Notes: generated by a model from the letters alone, not told the origin. A stretch of DNA of 64,000 bases from Candidatus Cloacimonadota bacterium (GCA_029564175.1 JAKQQL010000474.1:14120-78119); one strand, 5' to 3'. Counted from the stretch's first letter, positions 25,534-35,312 are shown. A program made the numbers and translations.

Positions 25534-28500
25534 ATGAAATCAATTATGGATGCTACTAGGAAGCCGTATTATGATTCATCGGCTGAAGAAATAAGTAAAG
25601 GATATGTCAAATTATTGTCAGTTCCCGGAAGAACATTACAAAATAGAGAATTGAATGTAATGACCGGATTGACAATGGAACATATCAAAAATATTGGGGA
25701 TAACATTTTAACAAATGGAACGGTTGTGTCTGGATGCTCTTTCTTTCTCCGAGAAGATATAGGGAGAGCATCCCTTTCCAATGGTAAAATTTATGTTGAT
25801 GGATATATCATTGATATTCCGAATGCTGAATGGCCCATTGAAGATGTTATTGAAGGTGTCAAATTTATTTGTGTTGAAATCCATCAAATGGCAATTACCG
25901 AAGAAGATGACCCATTATTAAAAGACCCTGCTGAAAAGTATGAAAACTATGGTGAACCAGGCGCTCATAGATTGAAAATTATTTCTGTTCCATTAATCTT
26001 TACGGAAGAGGAATTGAAAATTGCTCAGTCTGGTTCCAGAAGAATCATTGATATTTTGAAATTGATTAATGGGCGTCTTATTGGCCCAACTAAACCAAAA
26101 CCTGCTTTTGGTAAAATGTATGATTATCTTGCTCATAGAACATTTGATGAAGTTGGCAATTTTATTGTCAAGGGAATGAAAGTTTCCTGTTCTTCTGATG
26201 AATCAACGATTGAAAGATACAAGATCAATATTACTCCCGGCAGAGCTTATGTAATGGGATATGAATACAGTTATGATAATCAAAATATCAAAAATAAATC
26301 TGCCATTGATAGTAAAAATTCAACAGTTGATGAAGTGAGAACATTTACTTCTTCGGTTAAAGAATATAAACTGTTTAAACCAAATGTCAAGCTTATTGAA
26401 AAAATTCAATGTCAAGTTCGAAATAATAACTTCCAAGTTATTCGATCAGTTTCAGGCTCCATGTCTGATATTTTGAAACTTGATTCTGTAAAAGAAATTC
26501 ATCAGATTTTTCAAGGGAATAATGTTTATGTAAATGGAAGAGATTGGACAAGGGATGGTAATTCAATTGTGTGGTTATCATCAAATAGACCTGCTTCTGG
26601 TTCAACATTCTTTGTTGATATTTCCTATATAAGAAGATATTATGAAGGTGTTGATTATTCTCTTTCTGTTGATGATGACAATTATACCATCATAATGTTT
26701 CAAGTTGATCCAGAAGAAAATTCGGATTTTACCATTACTTATACTTGGTATCTTTCACGTTATGATTTAGTTTATATTGACATTTCTGGTGAGTTAAAAG
26801 TAATTTCTGGTATTGCTGGTGAAGAGTGGGAAATAACAGTTCCACAAATTCCAATTAATACTCTTCCATTGGCTTATATCTATGTCAAACCAGGCAAACA
26901 ACCATCAAGTTATTCAGTTCAAATGTTTAATATTTATAGAGTTTCGGTTGTTGATCAAAGAGCCAATATTGATAGACTTAACAATTTGGAATTCAATTTA
27001 GCTATGACAGCACTTGAAACAGAAGCCCAAAAGATACATGAACAGAAAGATGAATCACAATCAAGTGGTAATTTAAAAGGTATTTATGTTGATTCATTTG
27101 CTGATTTTTCAAGATCAGACTATTATCATCCTGATTATAGAGCAGGCATTAATATCTTTGAACAAGAATTAAGATTACCACTGGTTTCTGAAATTCTTGG
27201 TGTTAAGGAAATTGAAAACAATCAAATCATTGATACATCCTCTACTACATTCAATAATGATTATATGATTTCTCTTCCTTATTCTGAAATGGCAATTGAC
27301 TGGCAAAGATATGCAACAGATTCAATTGATTTGAATCCTTATAATTTGATTCCATTGAAACCAATCTTGGAAGTTAAACCGCCATATTCAGTAAAGATTG
27401 AAGAACGTATTGCTAGAGATACAGAAGTTATTTTACCATTAAAGACATTTATGTCAAGTTCAACAATTCGAAATTCTACATCAAGAACCGTTAGCACATC
27501 AACAACGGTTGGAAGTGGAAATACTGTTATTAGTAGTTGGAGTTCTGTTTCAACATCATCAACAACTTCAACATCAACTTCAAGATCAGTTAAAAATGAA
27601 ACATTTAAAAATATTTCAATGAAATTTCTTGAGGATTTAGATACTGGATTGATGCCACAAGAAACATTGAGAATCAAGGGAAGGAATTTTATTCCATTTT
27701 CAGAAGTGCGATTGAATTTTAATGATGTTTTAATTACTTCTTTCAATCTCTTGCCAAATATGGGCACTGTCGGAAGTTTGCCATATCAGATTAAAACAAA
27801 TAGTCGTGGGGAATTCGAATTAGATTTCAAAACGCCTGTTGCAACATCAACTGGAACAAAGTTGATTATGGTGGCTGAATATAAACAAATCAACAATGTA
27901 TGGCAATCAACTGACACTGTTGCCATTACTTCTTATACTGGACTTTCTTTTATTCGTGAAATGGAAAGAATTACAGAAGTTCAGAACATTCAAAGAATCT
28001 ACGATACTATGTATATCAACACTTTGAATACTACAACTGTTAGTGTTGTTAATCAATTAGGATGGACATGGCGAGGCGATCCATTGGCACAATCTTTCTG
28101 GTTTGATGAAGATACATTCATTTCAAGTTTTGATTTGTTCTTTGAATCAAAGCCTGAAAATCCAGAGATTAAAGAAATTTGGTATATGATTAGGGAAATA
28201 TCTGGTGGGGAACCAAATGGCCCAATTCTTTATAGATCAACTTTGCGATGGGAAGATATTAAAACTTCGCCAGATGCAACAATTCCAACAAACTTTAAAT
28301 TCAATTTCCCAATATATTGTCAACCTTCAAAAGAATACGCTTTGATTGTTGGCTGTGATAGGCCGGGATATAAGATTTATTTTGCTAAGATGAGTAATAA
28401 AGATATCATGACAAATACTTTATTACAGTCTCAAACACATAAGGGAACAATGTTTACATCTTCAAATAATGTTTCATGGACGACACATCAAGACCAAGAC

Positions 28501-28866
28501 TTAACATTTACACTCTATCGTGCTAAATTCAATCCGATTGGAACATTGCTATTTAAACCATTGTCATTATCTCTTGGGAAATTTTCACTCATGAATATTT
28601 CATTTGATTCTATCGTTTTGGAAGAGACAGAAATCAAAACAACATACCAAATTAATAATAAAGAATGGTATATTTGTCCATTGTCCGAATCAATTTCAAT
28701 AGAATCGAATTATGATGACAGACAAGATATCATTTTTAAATTCGAATTGTCAACTTCTGATGATAGAAAGACACCATTTATCAATTTAAATACTCTTTCA
28801 ATGTTGTTTGCTAAATATGGATTGACTGGGTCTTATATTATGAGAAGCATGGAAATTCCAAATTAA
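25534..28866 (+). CDS. Giant tail fibre/adhesin paralogue 3
   Basis: 1110 aa. N-terminus SVPGRTLQNRELNVM, then DDPLLKDPAEKYENYGEPGAHRLK, LETEAQK...LKGIYVDSFADFS. Ser/Thr-rich tract around aa 640-690. Confidence 0.8.
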   Translation: MKSIMDATRKPYYDSSAEEISKGYVKLLSVPGRTLQNRELNVMTGLTMEHIKNIGDNILTNGTVVSGCSFFLREDIGRASLSNGKIYVDGYIIDIPNAEWPIEDVIEGVKFICVEIHQMAITEEDDPLLKDPAEKYENYGEPGAHRLKIISVPLIFTEEELKIAQSGSRRIIDILKLINGRLIGPTKPKPAFGKMYDYLAHRTFDEVGNFIVKGMKVSCSSDESTIERYKINITPGRAYVMGYEYSYDNQNIKNKSAIDSKNSTVDEVRTFTSSVKEYKLFKPNVKLIEKIQCQVRNNNFQVIRSVSGSMSDILKLDSVKEIHQIFQGNNVYVNGRDWTRDGNSIVWLSSNRPASGSTFFVDISYIRRYYEGVDYSLSVDDDNYTIIMFQVDPEENSDFTITYTWYLSRYDLVYIDISGELKVISGIAGEEWEITVPQIPINTLPLAYIYVKPGKQPSSYSVQMFNIYRVSVVDQRANIDRLNNLEFNLAMTALETEAQKIHEQKDESQSSGNLKGIYVDSFADFSRSDYYHPDYRAGINIFEQELRLPLVSEILGVKEIENNQIIDTSSTTFNNDYMISLPYSEMAIDWQRYATDSIDLNPYNLIPLKPILEVKPPYSVKIEERIARDTEVILPLKTFMSSSTIRNSTSRTVSTSTTVGSGNTVISSWSSVSTSSTTSTSTSRSVKNETFKNISMKFLEDLDTGLMPQETLRIKGRNFIPFSEVRLNFNDVLITSFNLLPNMGTVGSLPYQIKTNSRGEFELDFKTPVATSTGTKLIMVAEYKQINNVWQSTDTVAITSYTGLSFIREMERITEVQNIQRIYDTMYINTLNTTTVSVVNQLGWTWRGDPLAQSFWFDEDTFISSFDLFFESKPENPEIKEIWYMIREISGGEPNGPILYRSTLRWEDIKTSPDATIPTNFKFNFPIYCQPSKEYALIVGCDRPGYKIYFAKMSNKDIMTNTLLQSQTHKGTMFTSSNNVSWTTHQDQDLTFTLYRAKFNPIGTLLFKPLSLSLGKFSLMNISFDSIVLEETEIKTTYQINNKEWYICPLSESISIESNYDDRQDIIFKFELSTSDDRKTPFINLNTLSMLFAKYGLTGSYIMRSMEIPN

Positions 28867-28878
28867 AGGTGATTAAAT

Positions 28879-31401
28879 ATGGTTGTTCAAAATCCTGTTC
28901 AAAATCAAATTCAAACTAGTGAATTTATGAATAAAATTAGAGTTGTATGGAAGGAGAGTGTGGATAGATCAATTCACACTCTTTCACCAAGTTTATCATT
29001 TGATGGTGGGTTGTATTGGATTTCATTGAGTGAAAATGTAAATGCAATGAGACAACAAGAAGTTGTTTCAACTGATACAATGGAAAGAAAATCATTAGGT
29101 GATAATTATTATCAAATGGATGTTTGTATTAGTCCAACTCCTGTTGTTATTCCATTCATTGAAAGAGTTGAAATTAAAAATTCAGCTTTTGGCTTTGCAA
29201 GTGGTAAGAAATGGTATTTTGCGGTTGCATCGGAATCTTATGATGTTCCGAATATCTCAAAAGAAGATGGATCAATTAGAAATACCTATTTCCATTCACC
29301 ACTATCTAAAATTGAATGTGTTGATTTGACTAATAAAACTGGAAATTTTGAAATTGATCTTTTTGTAAAATACCCTGATTTTATCAATGGTATTCTTGTT
29401 TACGTTGGAGAATCGCCAGAATCAATGGTTCTTTATCAACATACAAATATGGCTACTGAAATTTTTGACAATGGATCAACACAATCTCCTTATTTCATTA
29501 CGGAAAGTGATAATATTATCTATTTGAGAAATGCTGATTATTTTCCGAAAACTAACGGGGTTATTAAAATTGATTCCGAATATATTCAATACTCTCTTCT
29601 TGAGTCCGTAGAAAATGTTTTAACCACTGGAATACCCGGTTATAAAATGACTGTTGCTCAAAGGGGATATTGGGGAACAAAACCGGAAAAACACTATTCC
29701 ATGAATCAAAATCCTGTTCTGTTAGCTAATCACAGGTTTGGTGGACAATATGGTGAGATTGCACCAAAGATTTGGCCTAAGCTTCAAATGGTGCCAAATT
29801 TGATCCAATATCTTCCTTTTGATAATAGCGATTATTCAAATTATTTGATAAAAGACCCAGATACAACTTCTGAAGTTCTTATGCAAGATGTTTTGGAAGT
29901 TCCAGCAAATCAAAATGGATTATCTTTTTCAAAAGAAATTTCCATTACACAATTTGGGCAATCATTAAAAATGAACAGTATTTCTTGTTTGAATCCAAAT
30001 ATTGCTTGGACAAAGATTAATTCTGCTGGCGAAACGGAAGTTGTAAATGGTTTGCCTGCTAGTGGAACAATTCATTTTTATGTTGCTCTTGATTCTTTGC
30101 CAAAGCCATCAGAGAATGGAATATTTGAAGAGGACAAATTCTTATTTGGAGAAGATTCAAAACTTTGGATGAGAGTATCAAATAAAACAATGAAACCATA
30201 TCTTGGATTTGGTGTAAAAGAGAATGGATTATTTACCGATAAGAATCTTTCTTTGGAAAATGATTCAAGTGTTCCTTCATTGAAAATTGGTCAATTTACG
30301 GAAATTGCTGTTGCATGGGACACTGAGATTGATTCTTCAAATAAAGCTGTCAAACAAATTTATTTTTATGTAGACAATGAATTGATTGACACATATTCAA
30401 TTCCAAATGATCCTAATTTGGGTGCACCTTTCTTAGGTGCCTGTAAGCAAACTAAAAATAGTAATATTCCTCTTCATATTTTCAAAGGCTATATTGATGA
30501 GTGGAGAGTATTTAATCGTTGTTTAGATCAAGATGATTTAATTGAATTGAGTCAATTTGTCAAAACATCAAATAGAGATTATTGTGGCAAATATAGTTTA
30601 TTTGATGATTCCCAGTATAAATTTTTAGCTAAACCATATTTTGAAATCAGTGCATCACCAATTGCAACAATTTCTTTAACAAAAGATCAATATCCAAATA
30701 TTTTTAATGATTTTAATGATTTTAATGATGATTGTGTGTGTATTTATTTTGGAAATGTTAAACAAACAAATGGGTATACAGTTTCAAAAGATACGAATCA
30801 AATTACAATCACATTTAGCCCAACTGTTCCGGTTAATACCAGAGTTGGTGTTTTTTCAAATAGTATTAACAAATATGAACCAAAATATAAACTCTTGGTA
30901 AATGGATTATTGAACGATACTCATAATAGTATTTCTCCTTCATATTCAAAATTAGTTGTTGAAAATGTGCAAGGAGAATTATTGCCAAGTGGTATGGATT
31001 TAGGTAAATTGGAAAACGTTTTTATTGATGCCATGTCTAAAAAAGATTTGTATATTTATGAAAGAACTGGCACAAGCCCAAATTATGTTTATACACTCTA
31101 TTCAAATTGGGATGTAGAACCGTTAAATGGTGTTCAAGATAAATATAAATTTACTTTTGGAAATGCTTCATCCAAAACATTAGTATTTTATTTTTCACCA
31201 CAAACAGACGTATCTTTACAATTAAATAATTGGGCCCTTGAACTTGGATATGATTATGACAATCAACAAATTCCATACCCAATTAAATCAAATAATTTGA
31301 AATTGAAAATGGATATGTCTTCCTTGAGTATTTTTAGCACTCCGAAGGTAAAAGAGCTCTTTTTGATTGTGTCAAAAACATCTATGCCTGATATGTTATA
31401 A
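28879..31401 (+). CDS. Tail fibre/adhesin with LamG-like domain
   Basis: 840 aa. FPKTNGVIKIDSEYIQYS motif shared with the paralogue C-termini. GYIDEWRVFNRCLDQDDLIEL is a LamG-type signature. Confidence 0.7.
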   Translation: MVVQNPVQNQIQTSEFMNKIRVVWKESVDRSIHTLSPSLSFDGGLYWISLSENVNAMRQQEVVSTDTMERKSLGDNYYQMDVCISPTPVVIPFIERVEIKNSAFGFASGKKWYFAVASESYDVPNISKEDGSIRNTYFHSPLSKIECVDLTNKTGNFEIDLFVKYPDFINGILVYVGESPESMVLYQHTNMATEIFDNGSTQSPYFITESDNIIYLRNADYFPKTNGVIKIDSEYIQYSLLESVENVLTTGIPGYKMTVAQRGYWGTKPEKHYSMNQNPVLLANHRFGGQYGEIAPKIWPKLQMVPNLIQYLPFDNSDYSNYLIKDPDTTSEVLMQDVLEVPANQNGLSFSKEISITQFGQSLKMNSISCLNPNIAWTKINSAGETEVVNGLPASGTIHFYVALDSLPKPSENGIFEEDKFLFGEDSKLWMRVSNKTMKPYLGFGVKENGLFTDKNLSLENDSSVPSLKIGQFTEIAVAWDTEIDSSNKAVKQIYFYVDNELIDTYSIPNDPNLGAPFLGACKQTKNSNIPLHIFKGYIDEWRVFNRCLDQDDLIELSQFVKTSNRDYCGKYSLFDDSQYKFLAKPYFEISASPIATISLTKDQYPNIFNDFNDFNDDCVCIYFGNVKQTNGYTVSKDTNQITITFSPTVPVNTRVGVFSNSINKYEPKYKLLVNGLLNDTHNSISPSYSKLVVENVQGELLPSGMDLGKLENVFIDAMSKKDLYIYERTGTSPNYVYTLYSNWDVEPLNGVQDKYKFTFGNASSKTLVFYFSPQTDVSLQLNNWALELGYDYDNQQIPYPIKSNNLKLKMDMSSLSIFSTPKVKELFLIVSKTSMPDML

Positions 31402-31417
31402 TGAAAGGAAATTCAAC

Positions 31418-31621
31418 ATGGCAGTTAAAAAAAGAGACCCTATTAGTGGGGCTATCATATATGAACAGACGGCTGAAGAGAAATTAACAGAGAATTTAAG
31501 ATTAGAGATTAAAACATTAAAAAAAGAAGTTTCCAATCTTAAAGACTTTCGGGTTCAATCCATAGCTTTGATACAACAATTGACTGAACGAATTGATAAA
31601 TTGGAAAATGGGGGTAATTAA
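31418..31621 (+). CDS. Small coiled-coil protein
   Basis: ATG 31418 after AAAGGAA (the track ORF starts earlier, inside the previous gene). Heptad-like LKKEVSNLKD...LTERIDKLENG. Confidence 0.5.
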   Translation: MAVKKRDPISGAIIYEQTAEEKLTENLRLEIKTLKKEVSNLKDFRVQSIALIQQLTERIDKLENGGN

Positions 31622-31789
31622 ATGCCCAATTATCATGGCAATTTTAAAATTGATGATTTGAACATTGCTCAATTTTTAAATGAATTGGAAATTGTTCTGT
31701 TAGAACTAATGGATAAAAATGGGATTGATCCTAAAGACTTTAAATTATTTAAACAAATAGGTGCACATTATACGGTCAAAAAAGATTGA
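31622..31789 (+). CDS. Small hypothetical protein (55 aa, below the ORF-track cutoff)
   Basis: ATG directly abuts the upstream TAA. Translated by hand as MPNYHGNFKIDDLNIAQFLNELEIVLLELMDKNGIDPKDFKLFKQIGAHYTVKKD. Ends TGA and is followed by a terminator. Confidence 0.4.
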   Translation: MPNYHGNFKIDDLNIAQFLNELEIVLLELMDKNGIDPKDFKLFKQIGAHYTVKKD

Positions 31790-31818
31790 TCCTATAAATA
31801 AAAAGAGAATAAAATTAA

Positions 31819-31849
31819 ATTGGTGGTGGAGATTCTGCCGCCAATTTTT
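31819..31849 (+). terminator. Rho-independent terminator
   Basis: TTGGTGGT / GCCGCCAA stem (two G-U pairs), followed by T6. Confidence 0.55.
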
Positions 31850-31866
31850 TCATAGGGAGTGCTATT

Positions 31867-33642
31867 ATGGCTGAAATTGTAAAAGTTTCAAATACAATGG
31901 AAGAATTACGACTTCTATTAAATAAATTCTTTGGTAATTATTTTAATGATTCGACATTCCCATTAGACGACGGGATTATGACAATTACTTATAATCCAAC
32001 ATCCAAATTAGCTGAATTGAAAATCAATATTAATGGAACTCCTGTTTCTTTAATTCAAAAAAATGTTGAAAATAATACAATTGAATTTCCATTTCCAATC
32101 AAGGCTGAAGAATTGGAAGTTGATAGATTAGTTGTTAAAGAACAGATCAATCAAAAAGAAGTTGAATTTTTAAAAATACAAGATAAAGAAATTATTCTAA
32201 ACGATGGATTAACAGGAAATAATGATTTGAGTGCCATTGGTAATGCTATGATTTCTGTTAATCGTGGTTCATTACCAAAAGTAAGTATGAAATGGAATGA
32301 AATTACAAACACTTTTGAATTTACCAATGATGGTGTTAATTTCAGTCCTTTCTTAACAAAAAATGCTAATGGATATGATTTTACAAAATCCAATGGTATT
32401 GTTCTCAAGATTGACACTGGATTGAAAATTGAGAATACGTCTTTTCAATTGGTTTTCAAAAGTGGTCAATGGTATATCACTGATAATGTTAATGGTGAAT
32501 TTCCGTTAGTCCCTTCTGCATCACAAAAGTTTGCTACACAACAAGAAGTAAATACAGGTGTTGTAAATGATAAATCTGTTGCACCAAACACACTAAAAGT
32601 TTATGTTCAAAATCAAATTCAAACTGCTGTAGATAATCTACCTGATCCTCCTACAGTTCCAACATTTGCTGATAATGCAGAATCTTTGGCGGGAACAGTA
32701 GATAATAAAATTATTTCTCCAAAGACATTGAAACATGTTCTTGACAATACGGTTGTATCTGGTGGTGGCGGAAGTTCATATATTACTCTTCTTCATACTT
32801 CTAATACGTTGGAAACATTGTCTAATGAATATAATATCATGGCTGTTGGCTATTTCATTTCTCAAAAGTCTAGACATTCACAGACATTAAAATTGTATCT
32901 TGAAAGATTTAATACATTCAAACGTTCGAATCGTTTACATTCCGATGGAGCCGTTACTTCATCAACTCCAGTGCCACAATCTGATATTAAAATTACTGTT
33001 GAAGATTCTGATGGCCATATTATTACAGTGGAAGAAAACAATATTGACATAATGAGTGGTTCAGATTTAATCTATAAGATTTATGAATTGAATTGTAATA
33101 CTTTGAATGATAAAGATTTGTGGACTATTAAAATTTATGGCAAAACTAATAATTCACTTTCTGAAACAATCTATCTAAATATTGCTAGATGTAAATTGTA
33201 TTCAGTTCCTTCTTATGACTGTTCTGTCAATGGTATGATAACCGTATCTCCTAAAATTGATTTCAATAATGTTGGTTCATATCAATTAGTAGATACAAAA
33301 TATGTTTTAGCACATCAATTTTTTGGTGATGCAAATGCTGCTCTTGAATTTGTCTGTAAATTGAATTATTATATCAGTCATGTTCTTTCTAACGATACAC
33401 AATTTGATCCTATTGTGAAAGTTCTTGTTAAAGCTGAACATCCAGCTACAAAAGAAATAATTATAGAATCAATTGAAATGAATGTGAAAAATAATAAATC
33501 AGGCAAAATTTCTATTGGTAGAATACCATATCCTGATGCTCCTGCTTCATATTTAACAGTTGAAATATATGTTAAAAATAATATTTTGCCATTACAAGGG
33601 TATGTCGAATTGGAGCATTATGAATTAAGGATGTTGAGTTAA
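31867..33642 (+). CDS. Tail fibre protein
   Basis: 591 aa. Tandem FATQQEVNTGVVNDKSVAPNTLK and FADNAESLAGTVDNKIISPKTLK match the common phage tail-fibre repeat (A-x-x-E-A-x-x-G-x-x-x-x-K-x-[IV]-[TS]-P-x-x-L). Confidence 0.75.
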   Translation: MAEIVKVSNTMEELRLLLNKFFGNYFNDSTFPLDDGIMTITYNPTSKLAELKININGTPVSLIQKNVENNTIEFPFPIKAEELEVDRLVVKEQINQKEVEFLKIQDKEIILNDGLTGNNDLSAIGNAMISVNRGSLPKVSMKWNEITNTFEFTNDGVNFSPFLTKNANGYDFTKSNGIVLKIDTGLKIENTSFQLVFKSGQWYITDNVNGEFPLVPSASQKFATQQEVNTGVVNDKSVAPNTLKVYVQNQIQTAVDNLPDPPTVPTFADNAESLAGTVDNKIISPKTLKHVLDNTVVSGGGGSSYITLLHTSNTLETLSNEYNIMAVGYFISQKSRHSQTLKLYLERFNTFKRSNRLHSDGAVTSSTPVPQSDIKITVEDSDGHIITVEENNIDIMSGSDLIYKIYELNCNTLNDKDLWTIKIYGKTNNSLSETIYLNIARCKLYSVPSYDCSVNGMITVSPKIDFNNVGSYQLVDTKYVLAHQFFGDANAALEFVCKLNYYISHVLSNDTQFDPIVKVLVKAEHPATKEIIIESIEMNVKNNKSGKISIGRIPYPDAPASYLTVEIYVKNNILPLQGYVELEHYELRMLS

Positions 33643-34719
33643 ATGAGTAATAGTAATGGATTCTTAGAATTAACAGATTTTAATTATTATAATATGATGA
33701 GACTGGGGCAGGCGAACTCCATCTGCAACAGGCGGGTGCATGCGCCGGCGCAGGTGTTCGGCGTTATGGACACAGGGACGCGCAGCGTCAACGGAGCCGG
33801 TTTGGAGTGGATCGACGAAAACGGAAACATCATCACGCTGACCAAGGCGGACTTCGACGCACACCCCGCATTCAACTTCCCAGAGGTAATTGTGGGCGGA
33901 AACAGTTTCCGAAGCATTCCCATCGCCTACTGGAAGCGCGGCATAGGGCCGATCGGAAGCCACGCGGCTGGCAAATGGTGTATGTGGATCTCCGACGTTC
34001 CCCTCGACGGCTTCACCGCGAATCCGGGGGCGTTTAAGAGAAATGGGTCATGGCTCGATCGGTTCTTGTTGGGAACCTACAGGGCATTCAATAACGGCGG
34101 CGCGCCCGGTAGTCAGCCGGGAAAAACGCATTGGGGCAACGTGAGTTGGCAGGCGTTTAAAGACGCGGCCGCTGGGATCGGCGAAGGTCATCACATGATC
34201 AGTCTCCAGGAATGGCACGAGATCCTCGGCAGAGCCGTAATTGAGCAAAAAACCTTCCAGCTCGTACCGGAGGCAAGCCGCCAGAACGCTTCGCTGTGCA
34301 AGTATAGAGGCATAGAAGAATTTGCGTTTGACGGCTCGTACGGCTCGACGCACGCCGAATGGATGGACGGTGCGCGAACAGACGCAAGTGGGAAGTACGA
34401 GCTTTGGACTGAAGCAGGCGGGGATTACTCCTCGACCGGAGTGACGTGCCCGCAGGACAGCGCGAGCGAAGCGACCTACTACAATCAAGGGCTTGTCACC
34501 GGCGGACTTTTCGATCATCTTTTCCTTGGGGCCTCCCTCGGTCCGGCATCTACGAGCTTTATCCCGGACTTCTCTGGGCGGAATCCGGGGCTCGTCGGCC
34601 GCATTTGCCGCTCGCACTTCTACGTCGGTCACGCGAGCAACGGTGCTTTCCACTCGTACTTCAGCGACTTGCCGTCGCTCGTCGACGCGAAGATCGGGTC
34701 CCGCCTCGCGAAGTGGTAA
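33643..34719 (+). CDS. GC-rich C-type-lectin/FGE-fold-like receptor-binding tip protein (foreign composition)
   Basis: 358 aa. The first ~19 codons are AT-rich and the rest is about 60-65% GC with high GC3. GNVSWQAFKDAAAGIGEGHHMISLQEWHEI resembles the CLec/FGE core (vsW.dA...c...g..Lpt..EW). The C-terminus ...NGAFHSYFSDLPSLVDAKIGSRLAKW resembles the IGFRLA-type ending of Mtd/DGR-target-like lectin folds. Confidence 0.6.
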   Translation: MSNSNGFLELTDFNYYNMMRLGQANSICNRRVHAPAQVFGVMDTGTRSVNGAGLEWIDENGNIITLTKADFDAHPAFNFPEVIVGGNSFRSIPIAYWKRGIGPIGSHAAGKWCMWISDVPLDGFTANPGAFKRNGSWLDRFLLGTYRAFNNGGAPGSQPGKTHWGNVSWQAFKDAAAGIGEGHHMISLQEWHEILGRAVIEQKTFQLVPEASRQNASLCKYRGIEEFAFDGSYGSTHAEWMDGARTDASGKYELWTEAGGDYSSTGVTCPQDSASEATYYNQGLVTGGLFDHLFLGASLGPASTSFIPDFSGRNPGLVGRICRSHFYVGHASNGAFHSYFSDLPSLVDAKIGSRLAKW

Positions 34720-34983
34720 TTCGGCCTTGGGATCTCGACTTTCTTTCCACCATTCTGCCGCTCGTCGTACATGAGATTGGACATTGGCTCGTGGCCCGGA
34801 CACAGGCTGTGCTTCCATTTCGGTTGGGGCGCCTGCTCGGCGTGAGGCCTGCCACGTGTCCTGTGGACGATGCCGCCATGACCGTCACAGACGTGGAAGC
34901 GATGCATACAGCGGGGCACAATCATATAAGTAATATAAAAATTTATAATTTTAACGAACGGGAAAACTACCACATTTTGGCAC

Positions 34984-35220
34984 GTGAGTACATCTCCAGT
35001 GGCGGCCACAGTCTGGCTATCTGTTTATCGGGCTACGACATTCGCCACAAACAAGGTTCGATTACAAACAAGAAATGCATACCCCGAGTGGCGGTTTATA
35101 AATGCAGAATTGTCAGTGAGTGTAAATACGACAAATGGCATAGATGGTGATTGGATTACTATAAAAACAGGTATATCCATGAATGCGACGGCTGGTGGAT
35201 GGATTGATATAGACATTTGA
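34984..35220 (+). pseudogene. Discoidin (F5/8 type C)-like domain fragment, possible gene remnant
   Basis: 78 aa from a GTG with no clear SD. VWLSVYRATTFATNKVRLQTRNAYPEWRFINAELSVSVNTTNGIDGDWITIKTG looks like the C-terminal two thirds of a galactose-binding-like domain. Intermediate GC (hand counts 55% falling to 43%). Confidence 0.35.
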
Positions 35221-35312
35221 TTAAATTTAGAAATAGACCCTTAAACATTGTTATCGTAAAATCTTAAAAATGAGAATTTTTAAACTGTATAATCAAAGGA
35301 GGTTGATTAAAA

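Noticed and set aside
34770-34784. HEIGH (HExxH zinc-protease motif) in a plus-strand frame downstream of the lectin gene.
   Set aside because: It lies in an ORF continuing from a shadow frame with no start or SD. GC3 is lower than the opposite-strand frame, and there are no further metalloprotease motifs. Likely chance.
33643-34930. Diversity-generating retroelement: the lectin-fold protein ends like a DGR variable region (…NGAFHSYFSDLPSLVDAKIGSRLAKW).
   Set aside because: No reverse transcriptase ORF (no YxDD-type motif) is present anywhere in the window. By-eye comparison of 34590-34719 with the downstream GC-rich 34720-34925 shows only a 9-mer (tgccgctcg) in common, so there is no template repeat. 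A TR/RT outside the window cannot be excluded.
35050-35070. tRNA-like T-loop sequence GGTTCGATT.
   Set aside because: The flanking bases cannot form a T-stem (caagg / acaaa) or an acceptor stem. It lies inside the discoidin-like fragment ORF.
34048-35150. Long ORFs in other frames of the GC island (256 aa minus strand 34048-34818, 234 aa plus strand 34446-35150, 93 aa 34493-34774, 86 aa 34661-34921, 97 and 78 aa minus strand 33670-33963).
   Set aside because: These are Arg/Ala/Pro-rich shadow ORFs, as expected in any 60-65% GC DNA. They overlap the frame with clear GC3 bias and recognisable lectin motifs.
35265-35293. Possible promoter with perfect TATAAT (35288-35293) upstream of 35313.
   Set aside because: The -35 region (taaaaa) does not resemble TTGACA, and TATAAT-like strings are frequent in AT-rich spacers. 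Not reported as a feature.
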